Below, piece after piece: positions 1 to 13,387 of a stretch of DNA of 64,000 bases. The stretch lies in the NCBI RefSeq assembly GCF_009914755.1, contig NC_060944.1. The stretch is one strand, 5' to 3'. A model generated the notes under the pieces. That model was given only the letters and a program-made list of their open reading frames with translations, was not told the origin of the DNA and made no database searches. A program made the translations under genes and the position numbers. Each line of letters starts with the position of its first letter. Positions within the stretch are counted from its first letter, which is position 1. This stretch comes from the human T2T-CHM13v2.0 reference genome, Homo sapiens.

Positions 1-232
1 AGGCTGCTTGCCACTATCACATACTGCTTTTAATAGGAATAGTTTTTAAACTCATCATATTGGAATTTGGCTAATTAGAAAGCTAATTTGTAATGACACC
101 TTTCAGTCCAAAGATACAATGGCATAGGCAAGTTTTCATGCTTAGAGTGGCCTGATCTTTAAAAATATGAACCTTTTCAAGTCCTGATTCTGCAAATATA
201 ATTCACTCACCCGATTAAAAGTTCATTCAATT

Positions 233-912
233 TGTTATTGCTTCAAAGAAACTATCCCAACCCCAGTAGCTTAAAACAACAATTATACTTAGTGCATGAT
301 TCAATGAGTCAGCAAGTTAAGCTAGACCCACCTGAAAGGTTATTTACCCTTATGAATATGCAGTCAATAGTAGATTAACTAGGTGGCTTTGCTTTTTACA
401 GTTAGCTAGCTGTTGGCTGGTATACAACGGGGACAATTGAGTTCCACTACCAACCTATCCCTGGTTTGTTTACTTAGAGAGCCAGGGGTACCAAAAGAGA
501 GCAGAAGCATGCAAGACCTCTTCTGGTTTTTTTCTCAGAACTGGTACAAAATTGCTTTGGTCACATTCTATAAAGTAAGTTAAAGGCTAGCCCAGATTCA
601 AGGGATGGAGAAATATACAATGGTGACAACTGAGTTCCACTACCAACCTATCCCTGGTTTGTTTACTTAGAGAGCCAGGGGTACCAAAAGAGAGCAGAAG
701 CATGCAAGACCTCTTCTGGTTTTTTTCTCAGAACAGGTACAAAATTGCTTTGGTCACATTCTATAAAGTAAGTTAAATGCTAGCCCAGATTCAAGGGATG
801 GAGAAATAGGTTCTACCACTTAATGGGAGGAACTGCAACGTCACATTACAAAGTGTGGGGGTATAAAGCCAAGCAGAGAATTGAGGCTATTTTGGTGAAC
901 AATACACCACAC
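233..912 (-). mobile_element. MaLR solo LTR, old MLT1 class, containing a 193-bp tandem duplication
   Basis: Starts TTATTGCT..CCCCAGTAGCTTAAAACAAC (reverse complement of the MLT1 3' end) and has the typical GCTAGCCCAGATTCAAGGGATGGAGAAATAG motif. Confidence 0.7.
421..806. repeat. Tandem duplication, 2 x 193 bp
   Basis: 421-613 and 614-806 align without gaps; 5 mismatches by manual count. Confidence 0.95.
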
Positions 913-1307
913 TCATCCAGCACGCTGCTGTCACCTTTATTTTCACGAGATCTGGCTTCCCTGTGGTGATTAACATAAAGACAATGTAACACAATCCAGA
1001 AACGCCTGGGCATTAATGCCCAGTGGAGCAAATGTGAAGTAATGGGAGACAGAATATGTAAAGTGGCTGGCAGATAAATATTTTTCTCGTCTCCTTCTTT
1101 GACAACCTGTTTTAAGATTCTGTGTCTCTTTTAGGTTCTTCTAGAAGACATCTGCTATAACCCAGCTACCACATTTTTTGGGGAGGCTACCACATTTTTA
1201 AAAAATCTTTGGAATGCTCCTCCTTGTATTTTTTTTCACTTTCCTTGCCTCTGTTTTCCTTTTTTTTTCATTCTCATCGCACTTGCACTCCCCAATAGAG
1301 CATGGAA

Positions 1308-1795
1308 AGGTTAGTTTTTGCTACATAACAAAATACCCCAAAGCTTAGTGGCTTAAAATAACATGGATTTATTAGGCCACAATGCTATAACTTGGCTATT
1401 CGGGCTGTGCTCAGCTGGACAGTTCTTCTAGTCTCTGCTTGACTCACTCATACAACTATACCAAGTTACTAGATTGGCTAAGTTTTGGCTAGTATAGGAC
1501 ACATGGCCCATTACTGCTCCACATGAACTCATCCCCAAGTAGGCTAGCCCAGGTTTGTTCTATGGCAGCTGAGCAGGGTCCCAAGAAAATAAGTGAAGCC
1601 ATGCTAAGCTTCAAACAACCACATGATCACTTTCATCTCATTCCATTGGGCAAACTTCATCACAAGGCTATCCCAGACTCCAGGGTTGGGGAAATAGATT
1701 CCATCCCTTAATGAGGGGACTTACAGAGATACATTGCAAATGTACATATATAGAGGGGAACAGAGAATTGAAGACATTTTTCCAATCCTCTTCAA
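1308..1795 (-). mobile_element. MaLR solo LTR, old MLT1 class
   Basis: TTTTGCTACATAACAAAATACCCCAAAGCTTAGTGGCTTAAAATAAC ... CCCAGACTCCAGGGTTGGGGAAATAGATTCCA motifs. Confidence 0.7.
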
Positions 1796-2068
1796 AGAAT
1801 AAGCACGTACATTTTGCCTTAGGGTTTATTTTCTATAAGACTCAGGCTATGACAGTGTCTATTGCACAAATATCTTAAAAAACATCAACACCCTTGAGTA
1901 GGCTTAATAATTTTTACTGTATAATCATTGTTAAACTAGCATTAGTTAAAGTAAACAAAGTATTACACAGTCTTGTCATCTCCACAGTATAAACTATCCA
2001 TTATTTTCCAATTTTCTTTTCTATTTTATTTTCTAGCATAAAAACATTTGCAGAAATGCCTCCTTAGA

Positions 2069-2188
2069 TTTCTCCTTCTTCTCCTCCTCCTCTTCCTCCT
2101 CCTCCTCCTCCTTTTCCTGCTCCTCCTCCTCCTTTTCCTCCTCCTCCTCTTCCTTCTTCTCCTTCTTCTTCTTCGTCCTCTTCTTCTT
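2069..2188. repeat. (CCT/CTT)n microsatellite
   Basis: Visible pyrimidine triplet run; source of the poly-E/K ORF at 2033-2293. Confidence 0.95.
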
Positions 2189-2189
2189 T

Positions 2190-2562
2190 ACATTTAATGG
2201 TTTAGTTGAGCAAAGAGTGATCTGTGAATCAGACAGCTCCCAGAAGCAGAATGTGTTCAGAATTACTCTGGGGCTGCCATGGTCGGATAACATTTATGGA
2301 CAGAAAAAGGAAAGTGACTTACAGAAAATGGGAGTAAGGTACAAAACAGCTGGATTCATTACAGTTCAGCAGCATTTGCCTTATTTGAACACAGTTTGAA
2401 CACTTGGCCACCTGTGATAGGCCGAAACCCTGTGATTGATACAAAGGTATGTTACAGTTTGTTTGCATATCCAGTTAGGTTACAGTTCACTATGTATGGA
2501 GAACCTTTAAACTGAACTGAAGTTACATAAGGAGGCATCTTTTGGTTGAACTTAATTTGACA
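2190..2562 (-). mobile_element. MER57-family LTR (3' LTR of provirus)
   Basis: Minus strand reads TGTCAAATTAAGTTCAACC..GCCTCCTTATGT..GTGTTCAAATAAGGCAAATGC..TTTCCTTTTTCTGTCCATAAAT, matching the recalled MER57 consensus; degenerate PPT directly upstream on the minus strand (2563-2574). Confidence 0.85.
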
Positions 2563-3493
2563 GTTCCCTGCTTTGGTCAACCTTTCAATTTTGAGAGATA
2601 GACCAAAACTTTAAGCATTGATCTCTTCTGTCATCATTGTAAATGGACTTATTTGGTCTCAAATTTCACTAGGGAATAGCAGAACAGTGAGTTTCATAAG
2701 GTAGGAATAAGGAACAGACAATAGAAAAAAAACTGGTTACTTCTGCTGTTTTTGTTTTTTTAAGGGTTACAGCACAGGAGACTACCTTATCATGCTGGAG
2801 ACTAGTGTTTTCAGGAGAAAAAAAAAACTGGTCTGTTTTTAGAATATATCTGCTTTCTTAAAATTTCAGCTTGATTATATCACATTTAGCATGAGTGACT
2901 CCATTTTGGTTTGGTCTAGTCTACTGGAGCCTAGTGCAGGAGCTTAGTCTGGAACAATGGCCTCCCACAATTTTGTTTAACATTTTTCCCCTTTTGGTGA
3001 GCTTCTCATCTAGGAGAGAATGTGACCAAAACTTAGTGCTTTAACACTACACTCTGTTACCATCATTTAGGGTTTCCAATTTCATTACACTATTCATTAT
3101 GCATTTCTTTAAGTTTTTGTCATTCAAATTGAAGAGAGACTATTTGACATTCTACGATGGCTGCATGCCAACATTTACAAATTTTGAGAGAATACAGTCC
3201 ACTAGGGAGACTACTATTATTACTATCAGGAGCATAATACCAAGAGTTTGGAGTATACTCCTTAGTCAGAGTCCCCATGAACCAAACCAACTAAAATCAA
3301 ATAGAACAAAATATGAGCCAGATGAAGAGTCTATTCATTTAACCAAGCAGCCTGTTCATAAATCCCCTGCAACCGAGTCTCTATAATACCTCATATATTC
3401 ATTTATGTGCAACAAGAAGTGTTAGCAACTGCACAGATTCCTCCCTATTTAGCCAGCAGGATCTAAAACAATTCTATTATCAAGTACAAGTTT

Positions 3494-3804
<311 letters not shown>

Positions 3805-3903
3805 TAGTATAATTTTAGCAAGAGAATTTAAAGAAGTCTGTTGCGCAATCACAGCCTTTGCAGTAGAATCTGCTATAGAGCCTATCATGTGGGATAAATT
3901 TCT

Positions 3904-4419
<516 letters not shown>

Positions 4420-4882
4420 CAGCTTCTTTTTTTAAATGAGGGATAAATTTCTAATTATTGTCTTATTTATTCCAAATCATGTAAAAAGAGACCTAACAAA
4501 TGATGCCCATTCAGAAGAGAAGTGAAGTCCTCCTTAAAATATTCTCTTTAATTTATGGTATAAATTAAGAGGAGTGGACCAAGTTTCTGTTTCTGACTGA
4601 TTATGGAGCAACAAAAATATTATTAAAATTCCAAGGCATAAGATTGCCCATGTGTAAGGTTGATTGTGAAATCCTCCACAAATAAAAATACACCTCATGC
4701 ATGCATGCAAGGCCCCTTTTTTAGTTCTTTTGTTAATAGAGGTAAATGCAAGGAAAAAATTAAGAGAGGTAAGACTTTGATTATGGCAAAGAAGCCTTGA
4801 TCCATGATCTGGGGAAAGCTGTCCATCTAGAATGCCATCTGTTTTGGGGGAGAAACTTTCCTGATTAGATTTATCTTAAGAT

Positions 4883-5610
4883 CTCTATATTAGGCCATTC
4901 TTCCATTGCTATAAAGAAATACCTGAGGCTGGGCACAGTGACTGTAATTCCAGTACTTTGAGAGGCTGATGCAGGAGGATCATTTGATCCTAGGACTTTG
5001 AGACCAGCCTGGGCAACATAGTGAGAGCTTGTCTCTACAAAAAATTTTTAGCTGCAGGTGGTGGCACATGCCTGTGGTCCCAGCTACTCTGGATAGGGAG
5101 GCAGAGTTGGGAAGATCACTTGAGACTGAGATGTCGAGGCTGCAGTGAGCTCTGATCGTGCCACTGCACTGCAGCCTGGATGACAGAGCAAGATCCTGTC
5201 TTAAAAAAAAAAAAAAAAAAAAAAAGAAAGGAAAGGAAAAAGAAAAGAGGACTGGGTAATTTGGGTAATTTATAAGAAAAGAGGTTTCATTGGCTCACAG
5301 TTCTGAAGGCTGCACAAGAAGCATACCACCGGCCTCTGCTTCTGGGGAGGCCTCAGGAAGCTTCCAATCATGGCAGAAGATGAAGTGGGAGCAGGCATCT
5401 CATGTGAAGGGAATGGGAGCAAGAGGGGGGCAGGAGGTGCCACACACTTTCAAACAAGCAGACCTCATGCCTCACTATTGAGAGAACAGCACCAAGCCAT
5501 GAGAGATCTGCCCCTGTGATCCAATCACCTCCCATCACGTCCCATCTCCAACACTGGAGATTACATTTCAACATAAGACTTGAGTGGGGACATATATCAA
5601 AACTATATTA
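4883..5610 (-). mobile_element. MSTA/MSTB MaLR solo LTR interrupted by AluJ
   Basis: TATATTAGGCCATTCTTCCATTGCTATAAAGAAATACCTGAG..CTGGGTAATTTATAAGAAAAGAGG..GGCCTCAGGAAGCTTCCAATCATGGCAGAAG. Confidence 0.85.
4927..5248 (+). mobile_element. AluJ
   Basis: GTCGAGGCTGCAGTGAGCTCTGATCGTG (J-type) and an A-rich tail. Confidence 0.9.
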
Positions 5611-6070
5611 ATTTCCAGTGGTATATAGTTCCAAGAGTCTGGAGTGGTTCTTCAGAGTTGTGAGATTATAAACCCAAAGTTTGAAGTCCCAAAGTTTTGC
5701 TGCAATGTGGGCGGCAAACGCAGTCTTTCTCTGACATCATTTCCGTAAGACCCAATCTCTGAGTTCTAGATTGTGAAGTGTTTGATTCTCCTCAGTCAGT
5801 GGATCACAAAGGCTTCCTTTACCTGGTGAAAATACACTTTGGCATAATGCATTAAAGCCTTGCAGCATTTAGTCACATCAGAATTTAGGAGCAAAACATA
5901 CATAGGGTTCTATTATTAGGGGCATGGGCCTTCCTGTGACTATTTCATAAGGGGTCCAACTTACATTTTCCACTGGGAGTCAATCTGATTGTCAGCAGTC
6001 TGCAATACCTTTGATGAAGGCAATCCAGTCAATTCAGTTAGCTTTGCCTAATGCTATTGTATCTGTAAAT

Positions 6071-6281
6071 CTTATTTAACTGTTTGACAACTTGTACAGT
6101 GAGACAAGTACCTCTAATGCTGGAGATTTCTCTAGAAATGTCCCATAAGAGAAACACATTTCCTAATAATCTTTTAGCTATTATTACAGCATTGGCTTCC
6201 TTGCATGGGAAAGCTTCTAAACCAGAAAACATGCATTGGAAATGGCAATTGAATGAAATTCCTCTATAAACATACAAATGG
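6071..6281 (-). pseudogene. Retroviral pol integrase core remnant
   Basis: PFVCL*RNFIQLP, then after a frameshift CMFSGLEAFPCKEANAVIIAKRLLGNVFLLWDISREISSIRGTCLTVQVVKQLNK; resembles the gamma-type integrase core (..DF.. / FSGWVEAFP / SDxG). Confidence 0.8.
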
Positions 6282-6467
6282 TTCATTAAGTACCTGAAGT
6301 TTTCATTATTTTCCCAAGATAATGGTTTTGACAAACCAAACATTGGTCATAAACAATTTTAGCAATTTAGAACAGTCACTACACCAATATATGTGTTTTT
6401 GTTTGGATTACTTTGTCTCTTCCTTGATGAATTATGGAGTGCACAGCTTTTAATAATAGAAGCTTTG

Positions 6468-6780
6468 TCTGGGTGCAGTGACTCATGCTTGTAATCCCAG
6501 CACTGGAAGGCCGAGGCAGGAGGTGAATTGCTTGAAGACAGGAGTTTGAGAACAGCCTGGGCAGCACAGTGAAACTTCATCTCTACAAAAAATGTAAAAA
6601 ATTAGCTGGGTGTAGTGGCATGTGCCTGTAGTTCCAGCTACTTGGGAGGCTCAGGCAGGAGGATTGCTTGAGCCCAGGAATTTAAGGTGGCAGTGAGGAA
6701 TGATTGCGCCACTGTACTCCAACCTGGACAACAGAATGATAATAATAATATCATTGTCTCAATGATAATAATAATAATAA
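6468..6780 (+). mobile_element. AluJ with (AAT)n tail
   Basis: GGAGGATTGCTTGAGCCCAGGAATTTAAGG is J-type. Confidence 0.9.
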
Positions 6781-9700
6781 GGGAAACTTTAAGAACTCAG
6801 AAAGGATGAGGTTCTCCATGAGTTCATGCTTAACACTGAATTTATATCCTGTTAAATACTAATTTTGTTTCTCCAGGTGTCTAGCAGTGTTTATTAAACA
6901 GGTTATTATAGGTGATTTGACTTGGACTACAGGGTTTATTCAAATTGCATAGCATAACAATTTCAGTAGTGGCTGATTTAGCTTGAAAATCTACCAAAGT
7001 ATTTCCTTGGTATCTAATTAATTCCTGTTCTGCTTGAGTTGGCAGCTTTACAAACCAGTCAGTCTCTATATTAGCAGCTTTACAAACTGCTCAGTCTCTA
7101 CATTACCAGAACTCTTTATTAGAGTTCTGGGAAAGCTAACACAGTCCAAAGGATACGATCCTAAAGTCATAAGAAACCTGAGTTCAAGAGTGCTTGTCAG
7201 GGTCCTTTCCATTCTTTCCATGAACTTCCTTAAAGACACAACACTTTTGGAATTTGCTTGCTTTTAAACAGCTTTCAGAAAATGCATAAGAATTAAGCAA
7301 TTAACTGTGGACAGACTTAAAATGGTGATGATTTAAGACACAACTGAGAGGAAAATTCAGTTATTTCTGTGGCCTTTGATAATTTAATATAATAATCATA
7401 ATTATGATTCATTACATATACGAAGATATAACAGAATTTTATAAGTATCACACAATTTTGAGACACATATTAATAACATATTCATGAAAATACAACTTGA
7501 AGAAGGTTGAACATCATTTCTTGCTTGACAATGCTTCCTGTATGACTTAACTCCCCACATTATTTAATTGAATACACCTCTTTATTATCTTTCTTTTGAA
7601 TGCTTCAGGTGGCCTTTGGAACATCCCAAAGGTAGTATGAGGTCAAAAAGACTTAATTTTGGAATTTGAAATTTGATTTTGGGAAGGCTGTCAAATATGT
7701 TAAAGTTTTAAAATACTTAATCAAAATAGATCACAGGTCATTATAAAATAATAGTTATTCATTCAGTCAAAATGATAACTAAAAAGTTTTAAAAAGCAAA
7801 AACATTTATTTTTTGCTAGAAAAGAAATCCAACTTTCTAAACAATCAAAAGACTTGAAGACAGCCTGAGACAGAATCTGTCTATCCTTCTCTCCTCTATT
7901 TTTCTTTTTTTGCAGCTTCTTCAAAAGGTGAACAAAAATCTGTTACTATTTCTTACTAATACTACATGAAATTTTTTTCAAAAGAGAAAACCAAATTTTA
8001 CTTTTGTATTAGTATATTATTACTAAAGCTAATTTTAAAGAAACCTTATAAACAAATTCATCCAATTTCAGTCAGCTTTTGAACACACAAGATAAGATTT
8101 CTGTAAACCTTTTATAATGTCTTCCAATTTTTTCATTTTTCTTTTCCCAACTTTTTAATATTTATTTAGTTTTATATATATCATTTTTCCTTCATTTTGA
8201 AACAACCTTTAAATTACCTTAGAATTAGACAAAATTACTTTTCCTTTAACAACACTCACATCCTTGGCTCTTTTGTAATAACCTTCTTCACCAAAAACAT
8301 ACCCTACGTTCTTTATATACTCTGTATACAGAATTGTTTGTCTTATATCTAGTAGTTTTAACTACACATATTAACTACAATTTAAACTTTTAGTAACCCT
8401 AACTTCCAGTGAAAAACCTAGTAAGTAATTTTGAATTATTTTATATCAGTGTTTGTTAATGAAAATCATTTCATAATTTTTTAGAAAAATGTGTTTCCTC
8501 ATTTTTAGCAGATCTAAATATATTTAGCTTTTCTGTACCATATAAAAATAAGATACCAAAGTATATAAACCTAAAGTTATATTTAATAATGTTTCAGTAT
8601 TTTAACTTACTTAGAAATGACTCAGACATTTAATGTGTCTGTATTGTTTTATTTAACATGAGAGTAAGATTTTAAATTACTGAAAATAATTTAAAAACAA
8701 TATCATAGGTACCTTCCCTAATGTCTTCCCCAGTCATTCTGGGTCTTGAGTATCCATGTGGCACTCAGGATGGCTATGAAGGGCAGGTCCCATCTGGGTC
8801 TTGAATTTATACACCGGATGTACAACTAAGGACAGAGGATAGGGCTGTGAAGAGGAATCCTGGAGGATGCAACCCCTCGCAGCATGGCCAGGAGGTAAAT
8901 CTGGGCCAGGGAGGATAGGGCCATACTGGGCTTAGCTCTGTCTTGCAACTGGTGGTCCAAGTGCTGAGGACGTGTCCTCAGGCCTCACCATGGCCACTTG
9001 TCCAGACCCCAGAATCCAGAGGCTCAAAATCAAAGACATAAGCTCACATTAAAATGTGTGTAAGCCTTCAGGGGGGCCCAGCAGCCAGCCTTTACAGCTT
9101 TAGCTTACAGAAAAAATAAACAAGTATCAAAAATATTATAGAAGCAGCAGTTTTACAATCTTAAAATACATAATTGAGACAGCATAAACCTTCCTAACCA
9201 ATAGACCCAAGCAAAAGTGTCTGAATTATATTTAATACTGACAATTCTGAAGATATTTCTATTTTATTTTACCAACAATTTTAAAAGTGGTTTTATTAAC
9301 TAAATATTAGCTCACACAGAAATATCACATACACGTAACACATATACATACAGACACACATACAGAAACAAATCTTACAGGTTTCATTAAGATTTTTTTT
9401 TTGCTAGCTTCCAAATAGTTTTTCTTTTCCCCATTCAGACTATCAGTCTTCCAATTACATGTTTTATTGCCCTAAGCAACTGATAGCTAGGCAAACCTAA
9501 ATTTGTGCTTCTAATGGATGATTCTTATGTGAAACAAGGTAGAAAATTTATATCTCAAGGACATGGAGTTGAGACTTCAAACCTAAATATTATACCATCA
9601 TTTGCCCAAACCAGTGAAGAGTGTAGGTAAAGGCCCAGTTAAGACAAGATGGCCAGGTAAAGAACCCTACACTTAAGACATATTGTGTCAGTCTAAACCA

Positions 9701-10772
9701 ATGGTAAGGTTTTCTAGTGACTTAGTCTTCCCTCTCTTCCTGGTGCACAGAGGAAGATTCCCTTACAAATAGAGCTTTCCTTTATAGATGCAAATTTATT
9801 TTATAAAAGACTTTTAAAAATAGACAACTAAATGCCAGAAGAGTGGATTTTGGACACTGATTTAGTTCAATAGGTGGTTTTTTAACTTATATTCTGTTTT
9901 TTTTTAGCTAAAATTACTGACTTCAGGGTATAGCCCATTAAAGAATAGGGAAAAGAAAGCATTCTGTATGTATGGGCTCAGCATGGATAGCTCTACAAAA
10001 GAAACAAGCCTACATTATCCCAGGGCCTATCACTTTTGGGGCAGGATAGTCACTAAGTCAAAAGGTTAGCAGATTTAGTTGTTCTTATTAATTAGCCACT
10101 TATTTGCCTTTTTTGAAAAATCTTTTAGAAGAGACAATAAAAATATTTAAATCTTTCTAGAAGCTTCTGCATATCAATAGGCATCCCTAGATGAGCCTAA
10201 TTTAGGAGACTTCATTTTAAAATTCACTTCTTAAAGCACAATGTTGTTCATTTGGAACATTCCACTGTAATTCTAAATTATCTTTCATAAGATTTCACCA
10301 TTTTGGTGTTTGCTATTTGGGGGCATAGCTGGAAGGTGGAATACTCAGTTCTTAGAAAATGAGATTCCATTTTTACCTTGAATCTTTGCTTTGGTTCTCA
10401 GATCTCCTTGATCAACTTAGCTATTGATTTTTCCCTACCTGAGCACACAAGAAAACAAAACAAGTGGGGTAGAACACAAAAATGCTTGTGAATTTTCAAA
10501 AGCCAGAGTTCACATGCCCTGCAGTATTGCCATTTACTGCCACATTATTTCTAACATAGTCAGACATCAGAGGCTTCTAACTAGATCAAATCCAGTTAAT
10601 TATTGGATTCAATCCAATCCTGGACCCAGTCCAGTTTCCATTGTGACTTCTGAATCCAGTTCAGATAAGAAATTGGCTCAAATAAACTTAGATAGCTCAA
10701 AACACAAATTCGTGGAGCTTTGGAACCTGAGAGAGAACTTACCCATGAGTTGCTGGAAGCTCTACATTTCAA

Positions 10773-10790
10773 ATCTCACTTCTGATGCCA
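10773..10790 (-). other. Retroviral primer-binding site, tRNA-Leu(CAA)-like
   Basis: Minus strand TGGCATCAGAAGTGAGAT matches TGGTGTCAGAAGTGGGAT at 15/18 positions, 2 nt from the LTR end. Confidence 0.75.
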
Positions 10791-10792
10791 TC

Positions 10793-10898
10793 TGTTAAAA
10801 GAAAAACTTAAGACAAATTGAATTAAACAGAGTTTGAGTAAAGAATGGCTTGTGAATCGGGCAGCATCCAGCACCAGAATGGTTCAGAGTGACTTTGC
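10793..10898 (-). mobile_element. Truncated MER57 5' LTR (R/U5 end only)
   Basis: TGTTAAAAGAAAAACTTAAGACAAATTGAATTAAACAGAGTTT..GTGAATCGGGCAGC is the reverse complement of the MER57 3' end. Confidence 0.8.
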
Positions 10899-11138
10899 TT
10901 AGCCTCCTTTTTAAACAGGACTGTAGATAGGAAGACATATTACTTATATGATGATATAGTCTGTTTTTTTTTAAATTAACCTAATCCCATATCTCAGTCC
11001 TTTTTTCTGTTAAATTGTCTTCAAACTTTTTGTGAACAGCATAATACTCCAAATTTTGAGGGATCTGACAATTTATTTTCATTTCTCTCAACAGACACTT
11101 ACTCTGTTTTGTTCTATTATTGGTTCTTTGGAGTTTTA

Positions 11139-11217
11139 TTAGATTGATGCAAAAGTAATTGCAATTTTTGCCATTCAAAGTAATGGCCAAAACCACAATT
11201 ACTTTTGTGCCAACCTA
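11139..11217. mobile_element. MADE1 (Hsmar1-derived MITE)
   Basis: ~80-bp imperfect palindrome TTAGATTGATGCAAAAGTAATTGC..CACAATTACTTTTGTGCCAACCTA. Confidence 0.92.
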
Positions 11218-12602
11218 TGCTATTAAAAATGATGCTGAAAATTTATACATAAAGCTTTTCTATGCTTTCCTTAGGATATTTTTAACAAATGGAGTCATTT
11301 AAGCAAAGATCACATGAATTTGATATGATTTGAACAATCATTGGTATGAAACATTGCAAAAAAACTAGGCACTAACAATAATCAGATGGTTAGTTTTATA
11401 ATTTATGTAAAAGAGATGAATTTTATAATTTTTGCACTCAAAAATATTTGTTATATGCCAAACACCATTATTATGTTCATGAATACAAATAAGAATTAAA
11501 TGTGGAATTGACTCCCAGGAGCTCTCAGAAACGGAATTTCTGCTTCATATGAGTCAAGTTACTAGTCTAGTTACTTAAACTTATGGTTATTTATTATAAT
11601 AAATTTAAAAATTAAAACTATATTATAATTGTTTAATAAATAAAATGAAGTATTTAAAAAAGAATAGGAAGAATAACAATGGAACAGAATTCAGAAGCCC
11701 TTTCATGATAAATGAGAAATTATTATTTGTTAGAAGTAGCATTTCAATTCAATGAAGGAAAGATACATTATTGAATAAATACTGTTGGGCTAATTATCTA
11801 TTCATTTTGGGAAATAAAATAAAACTAGGTACTTACATATACCATAAAAAATGGACTCTAGGTGGAATACATTTCTAGATATAAAAACATAGAAGTACAA
11901 AAAAAATACAACAGGATATGCGTGGGGTGGGAAATTTCCTATGCAAGATTCAAAATTCCAGATACATAAAGGTAAAGATTGCCAGATTTGACTTCATAAT
12001 TTTTTAAACTTCTGTAAAATGAATGTGAACTTAAGATGACTGACAAGACTGGAAGAAAATATGTATAACACATAAAGCAGTTGAAAATTATTACTATTTC
12101 TGTAATGTTCAGATTTCAGCTGCAGACAACAAAATCCACACAAGTTGGTTTTGGCTGAGAAGAACGTAATACAGGGAACAGTGTGTACAAAATCAGTGTG
12201 AGAATTAGAGAGCAGAAATTTCCAGCCTCAAAACCACTCTGCCCCACGTGTGATCTGGAAAGTGCTCTACTGCTGCTCTGGCAGCTAAAAAATGCAGAGG
12301 ACTCTGCCACTGCTGCAGAAACCCATGCTACATTTGTCTAAATCAGGGGAGTTGCATTTCTTCATAAAGGAAGAAGGTGCATCAAGAATCTGTGTACAGA
12401 TTAGGAAGTTGAAACTATAGCCTCTACTCCCAAAACCATACCACTTCCACTGCTACTATTCTCTGTGAAATAGGTGCTCCAAACCCTGCCTCTCTACTTT
12501 CTTCTGAATGATGTACTCTGTACATGCGTTTGATTGGTGGCTCCTAGATTATGTTCAGAACTCAAGTTTCAGAGGAATTTGGAAAATGTTTTTTTTGCCT
12601 TA

Positions 12603-12943
<341 letters not shown>

Positions 12944-13082
12944 GTTAAGTGAGTCAACTCACAGTATCCTGCACAATTTTAATATGCAAAGAGTTTTTAT
13001 GAACCAGTAATTATGAACCAATTATCAAATAATAATTCATAGAAAAAGAAATTAAAAAGTATATACTATGAAAGAATATTCA

Positions 13083-13387
13083 GGCTGTGTGTGGTGACTC
13101 ATGTCTGTAATATTAGAACTTTGGGAGGTTGAGGCAGAAGGATGCTTAAGTCCAGAAATTTGAGACCAACCTGGGCAGCATAGTGAGACCCTGTCTCTAC
13201 AAAAAAATTTGAAAAACTAGCCAGGCATGGTGGTGTGTGCCTGTAGTCCCAGCTACTCTGGAAGTAGCAGGACCGCTTGAGTCCAGGAGTTGGAGGCCAC
13301 AGTGGGCTTATGGCACCACTTCACTCTGGCCTGAGCAACAGAGCGGGACTCTGTCTGTATTAAAAGAAAAAAGAAGAAGAAAAAAGA
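13083..13387 (+). mobile_element. AluJ
   Basis: Diverged dimer with J-type right arm. Confidence 0.85.

Noticed and set aside
2033-2293. Poly-Glu/Lys ORF
   Set aside because: Translation of the (CCT/CTT)n microsatellite.
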